A stretch of DNA of 64,000 nucleotides from Plasmodiophora brassicae (lineage: Eukaryota): contig CP145414.1 in assembly GCA_036867785.1 (NCBI GenBank), positions 1,240,001 to 1,304,000 of the forward strand, written 5' to 3'. The stretch's first letter is position 1; the number at the start of each line of letters is the position of its first letter. Of this stretch, positions 31,901 through 42,058 are shown piece after piece. Position numbers and translations under genes: made by a program. The notes below the pieces were generated by a model. That model saw only the letters and a list, made by a program, of their open reading frames with translations, ran no database searches and was not told the origin of the DNA.

Positions 31901-34403
31901 GCTGGCGATCCATGAACGACGACGTGAAATCGGACCCCTCCAATCGGCACAGCAGGCCGCAGGCCTCGCAGGCGATGCGACGAACGAGCACGGCAGGGGA
32001 CGCGACGACCTTTTCGAGGATTGCGACGAGCTGGGCCCGCGCCGCGACGTCGCCGATGGCGACCCGCGCACCCAGCAGGTCGCGAAGCGTCAGCAGGAGC
32101 GCGGCGGCGACGTTCACCGTTGACGTCGACGACAGCGACGAATCGACAATCGCCGAGAAATGTGTCAGCAGCTGGACCTGATGGGCGGCCTGCTGCATCT
32201 TGAAGATGGCAGCAAAGCTACCGATGGCGGCATCGACTAGACGCTGCGCGTCGGCCGCGATCCCATCGCCATGGCCCTCGGCCGTACTGGGAGGCGAACG
32301 TGGCGAACGAGCGGACACGTCGTCGTTGTCGTCGTCGTCGAGGACGTTGTCCCGGGCGTTCAGCACATCTTGCAGGCAGCGGGTCACAGGAGCGGAACGG
32401 GACGTCAGCTCGGCAACCGACAAATGCAGAAGCGGGACCAGTCGCGACGACAGCATCTGCAAAGGCAGGGCAGGAACAATGCCCAGGAGCACAGTCTTCA
32501 GCCTGGTTAGGGCGGCGCGGACAGTGTCGTCCTCGACGAACGGATCGGCAACTGTCTTCGACCGGCACATCTCAACGACGTGCAGGACTTCGCTGAACAG
32601 GGCGGAAATGGGCCGGAGGATGCCCGGTTGTCGAAGCAGAGCGTCGGCGCCAGTACAGCGAACCAGGGTGCCCAGCGCTCGTAACGCCCAGTACCGCGAT
32701 TGTATGTCGGCAGCGGCCAGGTCCACCGACGAGACGCCGACCGCCTTCGACAAGGTCGTCGCCTGCCTGTTCGGGCACTGCAGGTAAAGCTTCCACAGGG
32801 GGAACAGGGCGGCCAGCTGGGTCGACGTTAGCCCCTGTGTGAGCAGCGCGTCGATGATGACCCATGCGCTCTCGGCAACCACAGGTGATCGGGCATCCCT
32901 GTGGGCGGCCAGCGACGTCCCGGTCTTGAACAGGTCGGCCAGGATGGCGTCCGGGATACCAGCATCGAGCTCGTTCAGGATGCTGACGATCGCAGCGAGG
33001 GCATGACAGTGGCCGTGCATTGCCATCAAGGCGGCGGCCACATCTCGCATGTCACCGGCAGCCAGCGTGACCTCGGCGATGTGGATCGCAGCGACGTTCT
33101 GAAGAATGCGAACAACGGTGGTCGCCTGCACGGGCTTCGTCTGTGCCAACGCGCGCAGCGTCCCGGCGGCCTGCATGCGAACATCGGCCGCCGGGTTCGA
33201 CAGCGCCGCCAGCAGGAGCTCGAGAAGGGCGTCTTCCAGCTCGGCATCGAATTCACCGCCAAGAAGGACGAGGGCGGATCGCAGAACGTCGAGCACCGTC
33301 GACAGCGTCGTTGCGAGTACGTGCTTGCCAGCGGCCAGCGACAGAACCGATTTGGCGATGGCGACGCGACCGCTGGAATCGGCGGGGCGAACCAGGCCAC
33401 ACCGGACAATGGCCGACGCCGCCTTGCACGACGCGCCATCGTTGGGAACGACCAGCTGCGTCAGAACGCCCAGCGACAGCGAGGCCCGCTGCGCGGCCGT
33501 CATGCCCATCGTGTTGTTCAGCAGGTTGACAACGGCGTCGACGGCCTCGGTATTGTCCGGGTCTCGTAGAAGCCGTTGCATAGGGAGCAGGCGGGACACG
33601 ATGGTCTCTGGCGGCATGCGAAGCGCGGCGAACGCCGCTGCGACCGCGCGCCTCACGCCGACCTGCCTGTCGTCCAGGAGCTGCGACAGCAACCCGATCG
33701 GGGACGCCACGTTCAGCGTACACCGAGCGACCGCTGCGCGAACCTCGGGCGACTTGTCCGAGGCCGCCTTCGCGAGGATCTTGGGCAGGTCGGGCAGCGG
33801 CGCCTCGGGCGTCAGGGCGCGCGCCAGGCACCGAAGCGCGTCCGCTCGGACGACGGCGTCGGCGTGTTTCAGCAACTTCTTCGTGGTCTTCAGCAGCGCC
33901 GGGTGGAAATGGAAGACGTGCGCCGGGAACCGAGACGCAATCTGGGCGACGCATTCCAGTGTCGTGGAGATGGTGGCGGACGGCATCGACGTCGACAGCG
34001 AGTCGAGCAGGCGGCCCAGGGCGTCGTCAACGAACCGGGAGCTCGACCGGGACAGGGTCAGGACGAGCGCGGAGGCGATCGCCTCGCGGAACGCGATCGT
34101 ATCGCCCAGGGCGACCGCCTTGGTCAGCAGCGTCGTGACGGCGACCTCGTGGACCTGCGCGACGTCGTTCGGCGACGCGTCCAGGATCGCGTCGCGATAC
34201 TCCTCGAGCGACGTGAACCGCTGCAGGCGGCGCTCCAGGGATAGGAGCGGCGCAGCGGGGGCGACGTCCCCGGATCGCAGCGTCCCCCACCTGAGCTTCG
34301 GGCTCGACGCCGCCGTCGACGCCGCCGCCGCCGCCGCCTGCAGCGAGTCGCTGGCGAGCTCGGCGGCCAGCTTGGCGACACAGGCCGCCAGCGGCGTCGT
34401 CAT
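28902..34403 (-). CDS. Large HEAT-repeat protein, HEATR5/Laa1/SWEETIE-like (AP-1 accessory)
   Basis: About 1830 aa of HEAT/ARM repeats; motifs such as HGHCHALAA, HQVQLLTHF, ACEACGLLCR, VHRHVG; acidic C-terminal GGFASF/DFDAF adaptor-ear-binding-like motifs. Confidence 0.75.
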   Translation of the reverse strand: MTTPLAACVAKLAAELASDSLQAAAAAASTAASSPKLRWGTLRSGDVAPAAPLLSLERRLQRFTSLEEYRDAILDASPNDVAQVHEVAVTTLLTKAVALGDTIAFREAIASALVLTLSRSSSRFVDDALGRLLDSLSTSMPSATISTTLECVAQIASRFPAHVFHFHPALLKTTKKLLKHADAVVRADALRCLARALTPEAPLPDLPKILAKAASDKSPEVRAAVARCTLNVASPIGLLSQLLDDRQVGVRRAVAAAFAALRMPPETIVSRLLPMQRLLRDPDNTEAVDAVVNLLNNTMGMTAAQRASLSLGVLTQLVVPNDGASCKAASAIVRCGLVRPADSSGRVAIAKSVLSLAAGKHVLATTLSTVLDVLRSALVLLGGEFDAELEDALLELLLAALSNPAADVRMQAAGTLRALAQTKPVQATTVVRILQNVAAIHIAEVTLAAGDMRDVAAALMAMHGHCHALAAIVSILNELDAGIPDAILADLFKTGTSLAAHRDARSPVVAESAWVIIDALLTQGLTSTQLAALFPLWKLYLQCPNRQATTLSKAVGVSSVDLAAADIQSRYWALRALGTLVRCTGADALLRQPGILRPISALFSEVLHVVEMCRSKTVADPFVEDDTVRAALTRLKTVLLGIVPALPLQMLSSRLVPLLHLSVAELTSRSAPVTRCLQDVLNARDNVLDDDDNDDVSARSPRSPPSTAEGHGDGIAADAQRLVDAAIGSFAAIFKMQQAAHQVQLLTHFSAIVDSSLSSTSTVNVAAALLLTLRDLLGARVAIGDVAARAQLVAILEKVVASPAVLVRRIACEACGLLCRLEGSDFTSSFMDRQRANVAGVQSLNSITGSILVLANVHRHVGLVRTIAWLPVTITTLHSLFEYMQEPLRTTVLHTVAVLIDVCGSSFAPYARATLNLVMLQSLGDPEPLTPAVACILARLVRSIVEVLGPDIEDDPAQLLRKCTWLWRRCTVLAPSEAVEAVPPFLMWLPVPPADMVSTLKAHIGLPSLTVALGQIALQDCDFVIANAFDIDLLGALDRVSDPREQDAITRTLLSFVELYGCTHPDRWIETARSIVVSGRLPGASPEPAAPDAPNDDGVASTSSSTTSHVSWRTVSCAASCLARLVAIASIPLGKVRELVNLMCREASTSDDRIRASGLSGLATLVERYARVPDPGHPEDRLLQLDLSQMKAVVRQGLCGGPESTSPRVRSAACCACLRLLQSGLLDDDPPSMQRFVEALCTPLTDSGRAALLAAVSSAAAHVVQVGHLTAVAELVVGSDVHTLLVRASLPSYPALLSAALRDRLRIVALPSLQLLQSDLLEAVPLTRSMYDHEWPVHLRALAQAPSSNASTARLVVGVALQFLHTLLGGGAPAKVDDEAIARGCLDAICRALSSSASGLGSVEWDALLAQSLAVAMDSSHCSAALMEHAVRAGAALLASSAKRLPDAVAGGDDDEHHHHRGTLSAALCQIVLVQCARRPLDDAPACIAAFQLAGALVQCDPLRPLMQHAAQLALASLRALMDADELALVQAAAVVLIATVDCIDDRSLRSALLEQTIATLDGERDQPDLTASDSFGVAKINALGLVLNALLQRDDDAGKAAHCVSSFIHRCLTALSPSSRSVSLGLHLVRCLLRTSSSMKVLTAVTPTVLHLLLHRCCAHSLAAVTGLAISIENAAVLDRRGAFLAMLIPLFIRCGEQASTVDDDVDICAAIDQIAGAVGEHLRLAVASLPGQTRLLFQKCIEDARARKASSVQGRQQLSPDTGGFASFSNATPGDSSTPRGSRKERKAGKKGKSKRGTKPRPDDATGAASPTPEGVPIEFDADFDAFQDDS

Positions 34404-34570
34404 CGCGGGTCGGCTCTCGCGCGCACCACACCGCTGCGATCGAGATATTTTCGACCGATCGGCAACCGCTGACCGGCGACGGCACACGAGTGACACGGCG
34501 AACAGCGTCGTGGCAGGTACCCCGCCTAGTTCGGGGCATACCTGTCTGCCGCTTCTGGCCGTCATCATCA

Positions 34571-35218
34571 TCATGCCAAAGCGATTTCATTGGATTGCTG
34601 GATCCGGGACGAGATATCGGCGAGGACGGGTGCCCATCGGTCGCCGACCGCTTCGAGCGAGAACGTCCGGCTGTCGGCGCCGTCGTCCGCGATTTCAACC
34701 TGGAGCCGGGATTTCGGTAGGTTGTTCCCGACGTGCAGGCGATCGGGCCACTCGATCAGGCAGATGGCTGCACACATATCCCCGATCAGCTGGCCAGCGA
34801 GGGGCGCCATACAACAGGCAGCCAGCCCACATGTTTGGTACAGTCTCTCGAGGCATAGCATGTCGAGGTCGTCTTTGCCCGTCAGCCGGTACAGGTCGAT
34901 GTGGTGTATCCTGTCCGGGCGAAACAACCACATCGTCAGGGGTCACACAGGTGCACGGCGCCGCACATCGATGACGACGTACGCGGGGCGGTTGCCGAAC
35001 GCGTATACGATATCGATGAGGAACGTTGGCGATGGGACGACCAGATCGGGCTCGCCGGCGTACGCTCGTACGTATTCCGTTGCGAACCGCGTCTTCCCGG
35101 CGCCGATGCCGCCGGACAGCAGGATCACGTCGCCGAAGCGGGCGCCTGCTGCGATGGACGACGCCAGCGATCGCGTCCCGCCCAATGACAGAGTCTTGCA
35201 GACCAACCGCCTTGCCAT
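34571..35218 (-). CDS. tsaE: tRNA threonylcarbamoyladenosine biosynthesis ATPase TsaE (YjeE), intron-containing
   Basis: GDVILLSGGIGAGKT (Walker A), VPSPTF, HIDLYRL, CLIEWPDRL; split by two GT-AG introns. Confidence 0.92.
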
Positions 35219-35333
35219 TGCGGCTGCTGCTCCTGCTGCACTACGAACAATCCTCCCGACGTTCGCGCGCTGTTTATAGCCGTACTGATCGCGTGTGGTC
35301 TTCGTTCATCGCGAAACGTCGCGAGTACGGTAG

Positions 35334-35990
35334 GTCATGCGCACACGATGTTGACGGTGACGCCGAGGAACCCGGAGGCGATGACGGCGACGTTGACGAG
35401 GTGGTGGTGCTTCATTGTACGAAACAATGGGTCCAGAGCAGGGTGAACGGCGAACGTGGCGACCAAGGAGAAAATAATGGAGGATGCCCACAAGATGTCC
35501 ATGGCGAGCCGCTTCGGGCGCGAGACACCTATGGCAGACGGACCAGGTCGTTAACCGGCAATGGCAGCGACGATAAAAGGAGCACCCCGAACAGTGCGAT
35601 CGGGGAAGCAGATCAATGCGATCGTCACCAGCGATGGTCACCACGATGGGACGTGTCGTGTTGTTCGGAACTGGCGACGGTCGGCACGTGGGCGCGAGCG
35701 ACGTCGCTCAATGTCAGCCTCAACTTTGATCCGGCAGGCAACGGCACCGGAGATGAACGAGACGGCAACGATCGTAGTAACGTTCTCTGCGGCGACCGAT
35801 AGTGTAAGGAAGGTGGCCCCCCATAACGTCTGGAACTGGAGCGCCTCACGCGAGACCGCCCGATACGCGGATCGCTGCTCAATATCAGGGATACAGAGGA
35901 CCGACCAAGGATCAGGTGTGGTCCAGACCGGTGTACCCGCCCAGGAACACACGGTAGAAGAAAAGGGACGATGCCCGTGAGGCGCCCATG
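35334..35990 (-). CDS. Hypothetical multi-pass membrane protein, multi-exon
   Basis: Hydrophobic minus-strand segments (LWGATFLTLSVAAENVTTIVAVSFISG; IALICFPIALFGVLLL; ILWASSIIFSLVATF). Confidence 0.45.
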
Positions 35991-36283
35991 GCGACCTTGA
36001 ACAGGGTCAGCTCGATCGATAACAGAAGCGGCTTAAACGAGAAGGGGTAATATGGCGCACGGAGCGACATCGTTCCATACGCGGATCGCTGTCGGAACAC
36101 GACAGACGGCCGAACGAGATGGATCCGTCCGCAGACGGACCGCGAGGAGGTTCTTCTCCAACACCCATTGCTGGCAAGCGGAAGCCGACGCCGGAGGTAA
36201 CGCCCGATTTTGGGCTGTCGAAGGCTGTCGAGAACATTGGGCTCGTTGTTTTTGGAAGTCCGCGATCATTGTCGATCGAAGTC

Positions 36284-37018
36284 ATGTTCCTGACGCGAAG
36301 CGACTATGACCAGGGCGTCAACACGTTCAGCCCGGAGGGGCGCCTGTTCCAGGTCGAATACGCCATGGAGGCGATCAAACTCGGGTCGACGGCGATCGGC
36401 ATCCAGGTGAAGGACGGCGTCGTCCTGGCCGTCGAGAAGCGCGTCGCGTCCAAGCTGTTGGAGCCGTCGTCGATCCAGAAGATCGTCGAGATCGACTCGC
36501 ATATCGGGACGGCTATCAGCGGTCTGACCGCCGATGCGCGCACGCTCGTCGAACACGCCCGTGTCGAATGCCAAAACCACTGGTTTACCTACAACGAGAA
36601 GCTGAGCGTCAAATCCTGCGCCCAGAGCGTCTGCGATTTGGCGCTGGGATTCGGTGAAGAACGGGGCGGCATGTCTCGACCATTCGGTGTCGCCATGCTG
36701 GTCGCCGGTGTCGACGACCAAGGACCCGTTCTGTACCATTCCGACCCGTCGGGGACGTACACCCGGTACAAAGCCAAGGCGATTGGGGCGGCCTCGGAGG
36801 GCGCTCAGTCGACACTTCAGGAGGAGTACAACGCGACGATGACGCTGCCGGAGGCGGAGAAGCTGGCCCTGACCATCCTGAAAACGGTCATGGAGGAGAA
36901 GATCAGCGGCACAAACGTCGAGGTCGCCGTCATCAGCGCCGACAAACGCCAGTTCACTCTGCACACCCCTGAGCAGCTCGAAGCCATCGTTTCACAGCTG
37001 GCTGACCACACGTCGTAA
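36284..37018 (+). CDS. PSMA5: Proteasome subunit alpha type-5
   Basis: [36 protein letters not shown]...MSRPFGVA...AKAIG. Confidence 0.98.
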   Translation: MFLTRSDYDQGVNTFSPEGRLFQVEYAMEAIKLGSTAIGIQVKDGVVLAVEKRVASKLLEPSSIQKIVEIDSHIGTAISGLTADARTLVEHARVECQNHWFTYNEKLSVKSCAQSVCDLALGFGEERGGMSRPFGVAMLVAGVDDQGPVLYHSDPSGTYTRYKAKAIGAASEGAQSTLQEEYNATMTLPEAEKLALTILKTVMEEKISGTNVEVAVISADKRQFTLHTPEQLEAIVSQLADHTS

Positions 37019-37166
37019 GATCGGGACGCATCTACTGTCGCAATACAGGATAAGATCAGCACTCGTCGAGATTGCTGACGATACGCTTCGAAACACGGAC
37101 GTCGCGTTCTTATAGGTACGGGTCGATTTGCAAGATTGGGTATGAAGGTAATGGGCAGCGGTAAGG

Positions 37167-38103
37167 ATGGCGACTCGAGAGGTGACGCCGCTACCAGCGC
37201 TTCTGACCTTGCACGCCCCGTCGACAGGCGACGACGATGACGACGTCATGGCAGCCATAAGGGAGTCCCGGGCGCGAGTCGCTGACCTAGAGGAACAGAA
37301 TAATGCACGTCGAATGGACTGGAAACAGTACAAGGAGTGCAGTATGCAAGGTTATGGTTCGCTCACAGTTCAACACATAGGTTACAGAGTGAATGTGCAA
37401 TGGGTCCCGAACCTGCCCGTCTCCATCGCAAGCATGATTCCAAATCGGACGTTCACCCGTAGGCAGCGCTATCGTACATGTACGGGGGTACTCAATTGGT
37501 CGTCGCAGGTGCCACGATGAGTCGGAGCCAGAACAGTCAATCTTCTTGACTGCTATCGATGTCGACGTGGCCTGCGAAGCCACTCCTCATCGTCTACCCG
37601 GTCAACTCACAGATCAGGCTTCCAACAAGAATATCACGGCCATGGAAACGAAGACGCCAGACGAAACTGAATCGAATACCAAACGGTTGCCCCGAGCACA
37701 AGAGAGTTCCCGTAAAAGGAACAAGTTGGTAGAGCGACGATCGAATCGGGGCACCAAGAAGAACTGACATATCCGATTCGACAGGAGGTTGCAAGAAATC
37801 ATGCACGAATCGTTCGAGTTCCCACCGATTGTGTCGCCAGAGGATCAACGTCAATTAGACCGCGTTAATGGGTGGGCAACATATCCCAAACTTTGCTGCG
37901 TTGTCGACTGACTGTTGAAAAGTCTGCTGGAAAACCTCGCCCCGAGGACGAGTCTGACGCGAGCAGGCACCCGCGCCGGCACGCTACGCACCATTGCCGA
38001 CGTAGACGAATGCCTCGCCCGTGTTAACACTATCCCAAGCGCAAGTGAACAAGAAATTCGACAGCTGATTGACGAGATACGAGGCCAGTGCTCAATCTCA
38101 TAG
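37167..38103 (+). CDS. Hypothetical protein, multi-exon
   Basis: Coiled-coil-like first exon and protein-like last exon (37915-38103); exon structure uncertain. Confidence 0.4.
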
Positions 38104-38158
38104 ACTCATTCGTAACGGGGCAACTCGCGAACTGTTAATAGGAAACAACTCGGTGGAT

Positions 38159-38654
38159 TTACATGAAGCCGCCAATGGAGTCAGACTTGTAGGCCTGCCA
38201 GCCGTAGTACCCGACGATGGCGCCGATAGCACAGACATTGCCCGCTAGACCGAAGGCCAGCTGCCGGGTGACGATGGCGCCGAGGTGGAAATTCATCAAC
38301 GGGATAGCGAAGATGGAGACAGCCAGGAATCCGGATAGGAACTGCCCAGCGTTTAGCCAGCCGTCGCTGTTGAACAAGATCCAGTCAGTACTCGCTCGCA
38401 TTGCCTCAGGGATTGACGAGATTGCCATACTTCTCTGAATAATTCTGCGAGTCGGCGAAACAGAACAGCATAGGTATAGCCATTAGAAACAGTGGGACTA
38501 CAGAACTGTCAGACGCGGCCGACCCAGAATGCAGGCGCGCCATACTGAGGACGAGGAAGTTCCACCAAGTGCCATCAAGGATGGCGGACAGGAAGTAGAA
38601 GACGATGCTGAGGGACATGCCGAATCCGGCGATGAGCACCTCGGTGAGACCCAT
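38159..38654 (-). CDS. VPS55: Vps55/OB-RGRP (LEPROT) family small membrane protein
   Basis: Four TM segments; WWNFLV..P..., GQFLSGFLAVSIFAIPL..H.GAI....LAGN pattern. Confidence 0.75.
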
Positions 38655-39197
38655 GTTGCCACCTAATGAATTGAGCGGGATGGGACGCAGCCACCACTAA
38701 CGTTCGCTTTTGTCTGACGATACGCGCGACCCACGTGCCAATGCCGATTGCCGACAGACGTCAGCGGGGCACAACGGAAAATTATTTCCGGATCGATTAA
38801 TCCCGCGAACTAATCCGACGTGTTCCGATTCAGCATCATTATAGGTCGGTGGCGTTGGTTGGCGGGACGACCGATTCGTGACGCGGGCTTCCGTCTGATT
38901 GAATCGCCCCCGCATACATTCTTGTTGATTTGTTCCGTTAAACAGACTGAATTGTCCACGGTTTCAGCGGGACACATTTGGCTGGTCACGCGTTCGAAGA
39001 TAAATGGATCGTAACATGCCCACTGTACGTCAGTTGACATGGATTCGCTTCCTTACAGGTCGCTTTCGTGGCAGCGATGTTGGCGGTATCGTTTGACCGG
39101 CACGGGTCTGTGGCTCAGAGAGGCGGTGGACAGCGCCGCTGTAGTAGCTGCACACTGCACGCGACCTGCGCCGCGCAGTTGCAGCAGGCAGTGTAGC

Positions 39198-40150
39198 ATG
39201 TCGGTATTGCGGGGCCTGCCACGAGTCGCTACACGCCTGGCAGGACTGGCGTACCAGCGGCCAGTTCTATCGCAGACCTTAGGTGCCTGCGTTGCCAGGC
39301 GAACCGTGGTGGACCCTTTGCGGTTGCCGCCCGAGATGAGAGGTGAGCATCCGCCGCCTGCTGACGACTCCGAATTCGAGGAGAGTCTGAACGTGCCGGA
39401 CGATTTCGTCCTCACTGCTGACAACGCCAAAGAGTTTTGCTCAACGAGCGGGAAACGGAGGCTAACAATTCGGCAACTGGGCCTGTTGGCATCCCAGATC
39501 ATGGAGCGACTCGAAGCCCATAATCGGAAGGTGGCGGACGCGTTGAAGTGCATGCTCGATATATACGAAGACGCCACTACGAATCAGGTTCTAATCGTCG
39601 CAAGGGAACGACAGACCGAGTGGAAGAGACACGTTATTCTCCAGTAAGTGTTTCGTCATGGTGCTAGGTCGCTGCTGAGTCCCGTTGGCGTAGGTTTGGC
39701 ACGAAGATGCTCGCTGCTGAGAGAAATTTCTGCCCGAAAGAATGCTTCAACGACATGGTCTTGGTATTCGCAGAAACGGCGGCTACATTTGCATCAAACA
39801 CCGACCACATCATTAAGATATTCTGTCCGAGGGTCCCATTGATCGGGGCCGAGCTCCAGCCACAGTGCACCGTTGCCGACAGGTACTTCGTCAAGCTAGG
39901 CGACAAGGACGTCGGCGTTCGCGTGATCCTGAAGACGGCTGAAGCAGAATGGGAGCGCAGTCCCCATTTCACAATTCGCCTCACCGACCGTCATGTTCGA
40001 TGCCCGCAGCTCCTCACTGTGATTCACGACATGGTCACCAAGGCTGAAGCGCGAGATCTGATCGTCCGGCAGATGCGGCGTCGGAATCGAGCTCGTCGAA
40101 AGATGCTCATACTCGATCCGGAAACGGATAGTAGTGATGTTAAAGAATAG
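39198..40150 (+). CDS. Hypothetical protein with a mitochondrial-type presequence, multi-exon
   Basis: Arg-rich amphipathic N-terminus MSVLRGLPRVATRLAGL; ORF pieces 39198-39647 and 39707-40150. Confidence 0.55.
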
Positions 40151-40442
40151 CAAGTGCTGCATTCAACCACCGCACGATCCCACCCGTTCGCTAAAGACAG
40201 GTGGGGCACTTCCTGCTCCGTCTGGCATCGTTGACGATGCTGTCGGATGGTCGGGTCACACTCCCAATGCGTCAAGTCGCACGAGATTTGGATACCGTTG
40301 CGTCATCGTGTGAGTGGTCCATGTGACCCACCCACACAGTGATGAGTCATGGTCGTGCATCAGATCCAGTGCCCGTCATTTCGTGGCTAGGGATGAGACT
40401 CGGTCCTCGCCAGTGTTAGAACAGCGCGTTAATCGATAAGCA

Positions 40443-40658
40443 ATGGGGCAAGTCGGCGTTATCAACATCATCCTGTGCTTCATCCTGCCGCCGTTGGCCG
40501 TCTTCCTGCAGCGCGGCTGCGGGTTCGACCTGTGCCTGTCGATCATTCTGTCCATCTTTTTCTGGGTGCCGGGCATTATCTACGCGCTCTGGATCAGCTG
40601 CTCGCCCGCCTGCGGAGGCGGCCGCACCACCGTCGGCTGCTGCTCCGAGGACGTCTAA
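40443..40658 (+). CDS. Pmp3/RCI2 (UPF0057) proteolipid
   Basis: IILCFILPPLAVFL..GCG.DL.LSIILSIFFWVPGIIYALW. Confidence 0.92.
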   Translation: MGQVGVINIILCFILPPLAVFLQRGCGFDLCLSIILSIFFWVPGIIYALWISCSPACGGGRTTVGCCSEDV

Positions 40659-40731
40659 CGTGATAAACGACGATCCATGTGATGGATGGCGAATCCCTCA
40701 TCGTCCGCGTCGCGCACAGGTGTGTTAGTGG

Positions 40732-41204
40732 ATGGATCGGCGGAGCGTGCGGGTCGGCGCTCGCGTCCAAATCGTCAAGAAATGCGATCAGCAGACCGGC
40801 AGGCTGACTGACGGCGTCGTCGAAGAGATACTGACGAACAAGCAGAGGCACCCGAGAGGTCGATGGAGTCGCCGGGTCACCGTTTGCCCACTGAATACCA
40901 GTGTGCCGTAGGTATCAAAGTACGCCTTCGCGATGGCACAGTTGGACGCGTTCAGAACATTCTCTCCGCTAGTGCTGATGAGCAAGCCAGTATATCTGCC
41001 GAACACTACACAGGGAACGAACGCAGCGCCCCATGTGCGGCACCATCGCTGGCCGACTGGATAACCACGGCGCATGTGTCCCGGCAACCCATTCTCGATG
41101 ACATCAAGATCGATGACGGCGGATGGGCGTGCCCCGCGTGCACATTCCATAACTCCATCTTCCTACCGTCATGTGAAATGTGTGGCACAGACCGCAATAT
41201 ATGA
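40732..41204 (+). CDS. YwbE (DUF2196) domain fused to a RanBP2/NZF zinc finger (intron 40859-40911)
   Basis: VGARVQIVKKCDQQTGRLTDGVVEEILTNKQRHPR-G-IKVRLRDGTVGRVQNI; C-terminal WACPACTFHN...CEMC. Confidence 0.85.
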
Positions 41205-41825
41205 ACGGGCAACAGTGGCACCGTCCGCTCTGTGAGAACAAATGGACGTCAAAGAGTACTCCAATCTCTCTCTCGTCAAATAGTCCATTGAAGTTGGTTG
41301 GATGTTTCGAACATCCTGCACCGACAGCATTGCATCTCGAGACAGATCCTAGATAGCGAATACGAGCACGTAAGGATGCTGACGAATTGAAACGACCTCG
41401 ATATCTTCATCTGATCCCTTCTCGGAAAGATCCGGTCTGGCGTCTTGCACGATTCGTTCTTTTCCAGCTTCATGGCTATTTGCCTAATAACTTCTTCGGA
41501 ACGCCGCTGTTTAGACCCAACGCCTTTCTAATGGCCTGTATGACAGTCGACTAGAACGGCCTGCATCACATGGCATAAGGTAACTTAATCCCAAGAACAC
41601 CACACGTACATTGACGCTTAAATCGTCATTGAATGTTGTCCGTATATGTGCAAGGCAGTTCAATGGCAGTTTCTTGGAATTGCCCGCTCGAAATGCATCG
41701 TCGGTGACGACCAGAGGTCCTGCCCATAGCTTCCGCCGACATCGAGCAGCACCATATCTGGGACGCCCCTCCCTTATGGCCTTGAGAGGACACGAAACTT
41801 TGCCCTTCGCCATTGGTGAAATTCG

Positions 41826-41933
41826 TCAACCATCGAACGGGCAGACGACACGATGCTCGGCATGCGCCTTGGCATGCTTGTTGAGCGAGTTACGACTCGC
41901 AATCAGGCGTCCACAGACGGAGCGACTGTAACC
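41826..41933 (-). pseudogene. Decayed C2H2 zinc-finger fragment
   Basis: GYSRSVCGRLIASRNSLNKHAKAHAEHRVVCPFDG*; first Cys replaced by Arg and a stop where the second Cys of the next finger (CPFDG-C) would fall. Confidence 0.45.
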
Positions 41934-42058
41934 CTGACGCTTAGGCAGCTTTCCCCTCAGGCATCGGCACGAGCCACGATTTGCACGCGGTGATCGAGCA
42001 GCGGCGGCACGGCGTCCGAGGGCCCGTCACTATTACAGTACAATCTGCAAACGGCCGG

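Noticed and set aside
29278-34974. Very long + strand ORFs (967 aa, 622 aa) opposite the HEAT-repeat gene
   Set aside because: Ser/Arg/Ala-rich antisense shadows expected from GC3-biased coding DNA; no domain motifs
36119-36283. Upstream ATG extension of PSMA5
   Set aside because: The conserved MFLTRS start is at 36284
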